A DNA stretch of 64,000 nucleotides, from the NCBI GenBank assembly GCA_964347045.1, contig CAYFXC010000001.1, positions 96,001 through 160,000 of the forward strand. Reading direction: 5' to 3'. Below are positions 57,461 through 64,000 of this stretch, one piece after another (the first letter of the stretch is position 1; each line of letters opens with the position of its first letter). The notes beneath the pieces are model-generated. The model was given only the letters and a program-made list of their open reading frames with translations, was not told where the DNA came from and searched no databases. The stretch comes from an uncultured archaeon. GTDB lineage: Archaea; Asgardarchaeota; Hermodarchaeia; Hermodarchaeales; Hermodarchaeaceae. The position numbers were made by a program, and so were the translations under genes.

Positions 57461-59339
57461 TAGCCTCTACCTCACGGATCGCCTTGTAGGGACAAATCTC
57501 GGCACAGACTCCACATCCTGAACAAAGCTCTGCATCAATAGCAGAGTGTTCACCAGTCCAGATAGCCGCAGCACAACCTAGTTTATCTATGCATACTCGG
57601 CAGCCTTGACAAGTTTCAGGATCAACCTCGTAGGGGATAATTGGTTCATTATCACGACGCTTCCTTGCTCTTTCTAGGAGTTGACAAGGGCTTCGTGAGA
57701 TAATCACCGCTGGTCCATCAAAGGCAACCGCTTCTCGAATTACACGAATCGATTCTTTGACTTTTAAGGGATCAATAACTTTAACAAATTCAATTCCAAC
57801 GCCTCGTGCCACTTCTTCAATTTTGATTTGTGCGGCTTGAACGCCCATTCCGGTTAGTCCTGTTCCTGGGTGAGGCTGGTGTCCTGTCATTGCAGTTGTA
57901 TGGTTATCCAATACAATGATTTTCACAGGATGCTGGTTATATACTGCATTAACTAGTCCAGGAATCCCCGAATGGAAAAACGTTGAATCACCAATCGCTC
58001 CAACAATTGGTTTGTCTAAAACAGCAGTTAGTCCACACGCAGTTCCGATACTTGACCCCATGCAAAGCAATAGATCAGCCATTTCTAGGGGAGGTTGTAT
58101 TGCCAATGTATAGCACCCAATATCTGTGGGGTATATCCCCTTTCGTGCTGTGGCGACTGCGACTTCATAAAAGGTTGCGCGGTGCGAGCAACCTGCGCAA
58201 AGTATGGGAGGTCGGGGAGGAACCTCCAAATGAACTTCAGAAAATTTGTTATCAATTTGCTCGAAACTTGGTGGAATCTCTTTTTCTAATGCTTTTGCAA
58301 TACCCTCGATTACTTTTCTTGGTGAAAATTCACCTATTTCAGAGAAGTACTCCTGGCTCTTTCCTAAAATAGGTGTCATAATTCCCTTTTCTTGTGCAAA
58401 AGCACGAGCGTGATTCTCAAGATAAGGCTTTAATTCTTCAATGACGATGACTTTTTCCTTCGATTTTATGAATTTCTGTATCTTTTTCTTTGGAAGTGGG
58501 TAAGTCATTCCAACTTTGAAAACGGCTGCTTTCAATTGTAATGCTTCAAGAGCTTCCATCACATAATTGAAACTCACACCCGAAGTGAGAATACCGAGTT
58601 TACCTTTTCCAAAGATTTTGTTCCACTCGCTATTCTCTGAAATTTCAGTAGCCTGTTTTACCTTTTCAACTAAAATTGGGTGACGTTTTCTAGCTACAGA
58701 AGGAACGGGCACAAATCGAAATGGGTCGCGTTCAAAGTTCGGGTTCTTTCGTGGCTGGCGAATAGGACCTAACTCAACTCCTGATCGTGTATGGCTTACA
58801 CGTGTTGTAATTCGTAGTAATACTGGTTGTTCTAATTTTTCTGATAATTCAAAAGCTGCAACTGTCATGTCTTTTGCCTCTTGGGGATCTGCAGGCTCAA
58901 GCATTGTTGTATCGCCTAACATAGCGTACAACCGATTATCTTGTTCATTTTGAGAACTCCAACAACCTGGGTCGTCTGCAGAGACAATTACAAGTCCTGC
59001 TCGAACGCCAATGTAATTTAGTGTCATAAAGGCATCCGAAGCAACATTCAGACCTACATGTTTCATAATCACGAGAGCTCGAGCATTAGCCACTGCTGCT
59101 GCACCTGCCACCTCCATTGCGACTTTTTCATTCGTGCAGTATTCAAAGTAATAATCACCTTTTTTGACTGCTTGAAATAATCTGTCAGCAATCTCTGATG
59201 AAGGGGTACCAGGATATGTTGCAGCAAGTTCTAATCCGGCTTCAATCGCACCGCGTGCAATTGCCTCGTTCCCAAGAAGCAGAATACGTCTACCAGCCGC
59301 ACCCTTTGTAAGAATCTCAGCCATGTCCATTGAATTCAC
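57447..59339 (-). CDS. iorA: Indolepyruvate:ferredoxin oxidoreductase alpha subunit
   Basis: LLGNEAIARG, YPGTPSSE, MKHVGLNVA, SSQNEQD, GDSTFFHSG; C-terminal ferredoxin. Confidence 0.95.
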   Translation of the reverse strand: MNSMDMAEILTKGAAGRRILLLGNEAIARGAIEAGLELAATYPGTPSSEIADRLFQAVKKGDYYFEYCTNEKVAMEVAGAAAVANARALVIMKHVGLNVASDAFMTLNYIGVRAGLVIVSADDPGCWSSQNEQDNRLYAMLGDTTMLEPADPQEAKDMTVAAFELSEKLEQPVLLRITTRVSHTRSGVELGPIRQPRKNPNFERDPFRFVPVPSVARKRHPILVEKVKQATEISENSEWNKIFGKGKLGILTSGVSFNYVMEALEALQLKAAVFKVGMTYPLPKKKIQKFIKSKEKVIVIEELKPYLENHARAFAQEKGIMTPILGKSQEYFSEIGEFSPRKVIEGIAKALEKEIPPSFEQIDNKFSEVHLEVPPRPPILCAGCSHRATFYEVAVATARKGIYPTDIGCYTLAIQPPLEMADLLLCMGSSIGTACGLTAVLDKPIVGAIGDSTFFHSGIPGLVNAVYNQHPVKIIVLDNHTTAMTGHQPHPGTGLTGMGVQAAQIKIEEVARGVGIEFVKVIDPLKVKESIRVIREAVAFDGPAVIISRSPCQLLERARKRRDNEPIIPYEVDPETCQGCRVCIDKLGCAAAIWTGEHSAIDAELCSGCGVCAEICPYKAIREVEANERV

Positions 59340-59418
59340 CGTTTTGCCAAATCGTTTAAACGGGGTTGCAATACACTATTTTACAGTTTGTGATTTATAG
59401 TAAAGTGGGTGGCGTCCA

Positions 59419-59811
59419 GTGGACCAATGGCGAGTAACTCTTCAAGCAAAAGAACATGTTCTACATGATGTACTCAATAAAACAGGAGCTTTAATGATCC
59501 GTCCAAGATATATCAATGAGTTACGAGCAATATCACAAATTCATAGGGTGCCATTTCAGGTAAAGTCGCCCGAAGGAATAAACAAACTTCCTTCGAGCTA
59601 TTTTGTTGTTGAACTAATAAGCCCTGATAATCAGATGCCACCAGTTACTGGTCTTTTTGAATATTCGTATGGAGCGATTCGGCTTGTAGCATTAGATAAT
59701 GAAGGGCTTACAAAGAGAAGTGGTGATGAGATGGTTGCCTTTTTCGAAGCGCCTCTTCAACAAAAAACTGGAATTACCATTCGGATATATGAAGCTAAAA
59801 ATAACTTCTAA
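59419..59811 (+). CDS. Hypothetical protein
   Basis: 130-aa ORF filling the gap; no family recognised. Confidence 0.5.
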   Translation: MDQWRVTLQAKEHVLHDVLNKTGALMIRPRYINELRAISQIHRVPFQVKSPEGINKLPSSYFVVELISPDNQMPPVTGLFEYSYGAIRLVALDNEGLTKRSGDEMVAFFEAPLQQKTGITIRIYEAKNNF

Positions 59812-61238
59812 TCTCGCATTGTTTTAGCAAATGGTTGAATAGCTCTAAGAAGTATCCATAGAGCTTGTTTACCAATCTTTGTAGCCCCCTCTCTAGTCAC
59901 ATCAATAATCTGTAATTTCGGAGAGATTTGATTTTTTGAAAAATAGAAACGAAGCGCTTGCTCTGCATTCGAGAACGGTCTTAAGATTTCAACATAATAA
60001 CGCCCATTTTTTAAAAACGCATCAGGATGTTTTTCAAAAAATTCGTTTACACCTTTGACGTGATCCTGAGAGGGTCCCACTCTGATGTAAGATTGGCTAA
60101 GCTCTACATTCGCAATATGAAGAGCCACGGCAAAAACATCTTCTTGAAAAAGTTCCTCAAAAGTCACCGATCCAAATCGAGGCTCACCAGTAGGTTCCTG
60201 TTTCATGAACCTTGAAAGCTTTGAAAAATAACGGTATAGTTTATCACGGGTTTTTGTATAGTGCCAACCCGTTTGGTCTTGAAACTCGACTACAAAATAA
60301 TTGGGTTCCAATTGGTTCAATTCAGCTATTGATAACTGGGGGACTGGTTTTCTCTCAAAATATCTTTTAGAGGGATTTTGAAGGAATTGACGTGCATTAT
60401 AGGTTGTGAAAAGATAAGCTCGTTTAGAGATACTCGACGCGATATTACGACTAGGATCTGTTGGATCTGAGATAATTAAGAAATCGCGAGAAAATTTTTG
60501 CCTTAATAAATCAGAGGCACGATTAAAGAAATCCAGCGGTTCCGGTTTATCTTGGGACAAAAATTCCAATGTTGACTCAAGCGTTTGCTTGTGGAAGATT
60601 AACATTTCAGTACTGAAACCAGTGAAACCACTACGTCCTATTGGACTCGAATCTCCGTAAACAAACGTTGATTGCAAGAAGGCTTTTAGAAGTCGAACAT
60701 CATCGCGTTGGGCATCAGTAAGGTTTTCTGTTACAAAGTTAGAGTGATGTGGCGTTCGGTCGACTGCGGTGATGGGGCCATTTTCAAAGATATATTCTTT
60801 GGTTAAATCGAAGCAAAAAACAACATCAACCTTATAATCATCTATTTTAGCAATAACATATGGATGCTCGGCATACGCTACTTGAAAATTCTCAGATCCT
60901 GCGCGTTTTACCGCGCCAACAGCTACATCCTTTACCATTTTTCTTAGGAACCGCTGAATGAATGGCTTTCTAGCTTTTTCATCCTTCATTGATTCTGGTA
61001 ATATGGAAACAGGTAACCCAATGAAAACATCTAACTCTTTCCAATTTCGAAGCTGTGTTTGTTTTCGTCCAGAAGAGCCTTCTAATTCGATAAAGGCGGC
61101 ATCAATTTTTTTCTCTTCTAATTCTATTTGAATAGCGTTGTACACTTTTTTGAAAACAGCTGCTGCTTCTTTCACATCGGACTGGGTTGGACGGATATTT
61201 TTTAGACTTTGAGCGCGAATTTTGTTAAGTATAGACAT
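59808..61238 (-). CDS. cca: CCA-adding enzyme (class I, archaeal)
   Basis: EGS...TQL...ELDVF, YAEHPY, VDRTPHH, VRLLKAF, GFTG, DPTDP.RNIAS. Confidence 0.92.
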   Translation of the reverse strand: MSILNKIRAQSLKNIRPTQSDVKEAAAVFKKVYNAIQIELEEKKIDAAFIELEGSSGRKQTQLRNWKELDVFIGLPVSILPESMKDEKARKPFIQRFLRKMVKDVAVGAVKRAGSENFQVAYAEHPYVIAKIDDYKVDVVFCFDLTKEYIFENGPITAVDRTPHHSNFVTENLTDAQRDDVRLLKAFLQSTFVYGDSSPIGRSGFTGFSTEMLIFHKQTLESTLEFLSQDKPEPLDFFNRASDLLRQKFSRDFLIISDPTDPSRNIASSISKRAYLFTTYNARQFLQNPSKRYFERKPVPQLSIAELNQLEPNYFVVEFQDQTGWHYTKTRDKLYRYFSKLSRFMKQEPTGEPRFGSVTFEELFQEDVFAVALHIANVELSQSYIRVGPSQDHVKGVNEFFEKHPDAFLKNGRYYVEILRPFSNAEQALRFYFSKNQISPKLQIIDVTREGATKIGKQALWILLRAIQPFAKTMRD

Positions 61239-61307
61239 CTAATGAATTCATGGCGACTAGGCTTTTAAGTCATGAAGCATATGCCCTAAACGGAGGACCC
61301 TATCCAT

Positions 61308-61760
61308 ATGGTAGATGAAGTGGATTTACAGATTCTCCAAGTTCTTCAATCAAACTCAAGAATATCGTTCTCCGAGCTGGGTCGTAGTGTCGGTCTAAGT
61401 GCCACTGCTGCACGGAACAGAATTAATAGTTTAGTCTCACGAGGAATAATAACAAAGCTTGGAGCTGAATTAGATTGGGGAAAAATTGGATGGCCTATCC
61501 AATCCCTTTTGCTCATCCGCACTGAGCACGGCAAAGCTGAAGCGGTAACAAAACAACTTCATAAAATCCCCCAGATTCTGTCCATTACAAAAACCGCTGG
61601 AAATGTTGATTTAGTAGTTCGATTACTTGCAGGCGGTATTTCTGATTTTACCACGATCTTACACAAATCATTATCCAAAATTCCTGGGATCACCAGCATA
61701 AACACCTTAATGGTACTCGATGAAGTGAATAATGCTCCTCCTCTCCCTTCTGAAATATAA
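61308..61760 (+). CDS. Lrp/AsnC family transcriptional regulator
   Basis: DEVDLQIL..LQ.NSR.SFSELG..VGLS. Confidence 0.92.
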   Translation: MVDEVDLQILQVLQSNSRISFSELGRSVGLSATAARNRINSLVSRGIITKLGAELDWGKIGWPIQSLLLIRTEHGKAEAVTKQLHKIPQILSITKTAGNVDLVVRLLAGGISDFTTILHKSLSKIPGITSINTLMVLDEVNNAPPLPSEI

Positions 61761-61764
61761 TAAT

Positions 61765-62415
61765 CTAGAACTTGCGTTCTACGATTTTACCCTTGGGCAT
61801 TGTTTCTGAGAAAATTTGCGCTTGGAATTTCAAAATTTTTACATCTGAATCCAGAAAACAATCAGGTGGTAATCCCGCTTTTTGACAACAACCTTGTAAA
61901 AATTCTTCAGCCTTCCAACCTTGTTCTGGAGCCACTTGTGGGAGAAGAAGTCCACGATGCCACCCTTTCCCTTGAACAATTACTCCATCTCTACCAACAT
62001 TAATCTGCTCATGAAGATCCAATCTATTCTCAACAATAATCTCCTCGGGTAAGGTAAGGACACTGACTTCCACAAGGATTGATTCGAGTTCATCAACCTG
62101 CACTGGAGGAAATCGAGGATCATCGAGAGCCGAACTTAATGCCGCTTGACGAGTCGCTTCCAGAAGTGGTATTGGTTTATGGTGACTGTTTGGTCCCGGT
62201 TGTAAATGACCAATGCAACCTCGCAACCGCCATTTTGGCTCTTCAAGGGAATGACTTGCTTTCAACGTTACAAATACACCACGACGTTCTAGCAAAGTTT
62301 CAGAAGGGTGTTCAGGAAAGGCTAGTTTTTTCTTATCATGGAGAAATCTCTCGATTGTTTGTCGAGCAAATTGGGTGAGAGTAATTCCATCTTTAAGTGA
62401 TAATAGTTTGGACAT
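61765..62415 (-). CDS. AMMECR1 domain protein (AmmeMemoRadiSam protein A)
   Basis: GVFVTL, LRGCIG, DPRF, EVSVL, GLLLPQV, KAGL. Confidence 0.93.
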   Translation of the reverse strand: MSKLLSLKDGITLTQFARQTIERFLHDKKKLAFPEHPSETLLERRGVFVTLKASHSLEEPKWRLRGCIGHLQPGPNSHHKPIPLLEATRQAALSSALDDPRFPPVQVDELESILVEVSVLTLPEEIIVENRLDLHEQINVGRDGVIVQGKGWHRGLLLPQVAPEQGWKAEEFLQGCCQKAGLPPDCFLDSDVKILKFQAQIFSETMPKGKIVERKF

Positions 62416-62434
62416 TCGTTCGTCTCCTAAATGC

Positions 62435-63244
62435 TCATGATTTTTTGTCTGGCATAAAATGATTTGCAACTAAATTCACAAGATTCCGCCTTATGAGGAT
62501 GTTTTCCATAGTTGTCTTTTTCATTACAGGCAAAAGGTGTTGGTGCTCTCGGAGAAGTAATTCTGCAGCTTTCCCAACTTCCATGTCAGGTGTTGTTGTC
62601 AACTCCGTAGTGGTTAATATGTTTGACACAAGGAAATCTCGTAAACGTGTACTTTGGTATTTCGCTGGGGTTTCTCGACGAAAGGCTGCAAAGCCAAGTG
62701 CTAGCCGTTTCTTTGTAACCAATCCAATAATCTTTCCTTCGTCAAAAACAGGTAGTCCTGGCATTTTTTCAGCTAAGAGCAATTGCCTAGCATGAACTAC
62801 ACGATCAGTGAGACGAACACTAATCGGTTTTTCTAAATGCAGATCGCGAACATAGTGGTTGTCTATATCTAAACATTGGCGTACAAAATGTGTATTAGTA
62901 ATTATCCCTACAATTTCTTCATCTTTCACAACGGGTAAAGCGCGCTCTTGACGTTGAAGGAGTAATTTTGCAGCCTCAAAAATATCTGTTGATGGTTGAA
63001 CGGTTTGGGGATTTAATTCCATAACTGAACTAGCGTAAATGCTAGCTGGCGATAATTTTCCAGCACGAGCTGAACCTAATCGGTCAACAAGATCCAGTTC
63101 TGTAATTAATCCCATTAAGCGATTACCATCCGTTACAGGAATTGCAGAGATACCCATCTTTGCCATGATATCTAAAACGACAGGTATTGCTTGGTCTTTA
63201 TCGATGGTCTTTACTGGACTAGCCATGATTTTCTGTACTTGCAC
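62435..63244 (-). CDS. CBS domain protein (four CBS repeats)
   Basis: Repeated M..P / LPV..GII patterns. Confidence 0.88.
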   Translation of the reverse strand: MQVQKIMASPVKTIDKDQAIPVVLDIMAKMGISAIPVTDGNRLMGLITELDLVDRLGSARAGKLSPASIYASSVMELNPQTVQPSTDIFEAAKLLLQRQERALPVVKDEEIVGIITNTHFVRQCLDIDNHYVRDLHLEKPISVRLTDRVVHARQLLLAEKMPGLPVFDEGKIIGLVTKKRLALGFAAFRRETPAKYQSTRLRDFLVSNILTTTELTTTPDMEVGKAAELLLREHQHLLPVMKKTTMENILIRRNLVNLVANHFMPDKKS

Positions 63245-63330
63245 CTACCTCACCTCGATATACATTATTTGCTAATTGACTTCAAAATACTTTGGCTCTT
63301 ACCTCTCCGCTTGTCAAAATAAATTATTAA

Positions 63331-64000
63331 TTACTTTACAAAATCGACAGAACCTGGTGGTAATACCGCAATGATTTCATCAACGCTCAAGACATGAACC
63401 TGCTTTTTTAGTTCTTCTGAAACTTGGTCAGCAAATTGCTTGCGTATCTGCTTTGCAGCATCTGAAACTTTTATTTTTCCTGGAATAAGCAACGCATAAA
63501 TCTTAGTTTTCAACTTAATTGCTTCTTCAGGTCCTGCAATGATAATCGGAAATCCCTCTTCAACAATCAATCCTAATGCTATACGCACAGGCGCATTACG
63601 AACATAGTTTCTTTCACCTCTCACCATAACAGCTCCTTTTGGAAGAAATTCTCCTGATGGTGCGCTCAACGAAACTTGATCACTATTTACCCAATAAGTA
63701 TCTGCGGCACTCCACCCCGCCTTCCATGCACGCGAATAACTTACAGCAAATGTTGCTATTTCGAGCAGCTCTTGGTCAGTAACCTCTTGGCCCTCCGTTT
63801 TTGCTACTACGACAGGAGCGCCAGCGAAATCAGCGTGGAAAAACAAATCCAGTTCTTCAAGATATTTACGGATTAATTGCTGATTACTGCTAGCATCGCG
63901 GCCTCCTAACACCAACATGTCATTCGAAGTTCGAAACCACCGAAATTTCTCAAACCATCGCTTTTTTCGACGGGTAACAAGTTTCTCAGACTCCATTAGA
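63331..64000 (-). CDS. rqcH: NFACT/RqcH (Rqc2/NEMF) ribosome quality-control protein, C-terminal part (5'-truncated)
   Basis: WFEKFRWF, GGRDA, FFHAD..GAP, YSRAWK, QVS..APSGEFLPKG. Confidence 0.93.
   Translation of the reverse strand, partial: LMESEKLVTRRKKRWFEKFRWFRTSNDMLVLGGRDASSNQQLIRKYLEELDLFFHADFAGAPVVVAKTEGQEVTDQELLEIATFAVSYSRAWKAGWSAADTYWVNSDQVSLSAPSGEFLPKGAVMVRGERNYVRNAPVRIALGLIVEEGFPIIIAGPEEAIKLKTKIYALLIPGKIKVSDAAKQIRKQFADQVSEELKKQVHVLSVDEIIAVLPPGSVDFVK

Noticed and set aside
1-64000. CRISPR array, rRNA, IS/transposase, defence island
   Set aside because: No regularly spaced repeats, rRNA-like tracts, transposase motifs or recognisable defence genes found by eye; the many short antisense ORFs in the track are shadows of real genes

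Overview
Gene-dense archaeal chromosomal segment, most likely from an Asgard archaeon. This is an inference from the co-occurrence of profilin, a ribophorin-I/OST1-like protein, a roadblock plus MglA-type GTPase, RpoG/Rpo8 and SmAP3, alongside cdrS-ftsZ. Most genes are housekeeping: RNA/tRNA modification and repair, cofactor synthesis, proteasome and thermosome, DNA ligase, Ior, fumarase, Fae-Hps and a bacterial-type GAPDH. There are five tRNA genes, all interrupted (7 introns, 4 at non-canonical positions). Other elements are a Tad/type-IV-pilus locus, an N-glycosylation cluster, a free-standing LAGLIDADG-like ORF and several gene remnants. The best candidate for an undescribed system is a three-gene module at 2386-4811: tandem-roadblock protein, longin-less DENN-like protein and MglA-type small GTPase, i.e. 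a possible prokaryotic GAP/GEF/GTPase switch. Other candidates are a membrane-anchored DDRGK1/UFL1-like winged-helix protein next to the proteasome chaperone PAC2, and a Zn-ribbon/wHTH/solo cyclin-box gene trio. No CRISPR array, rRNA or IS element was seen. All family calls come from recognising motifs by eye, not from database searches.
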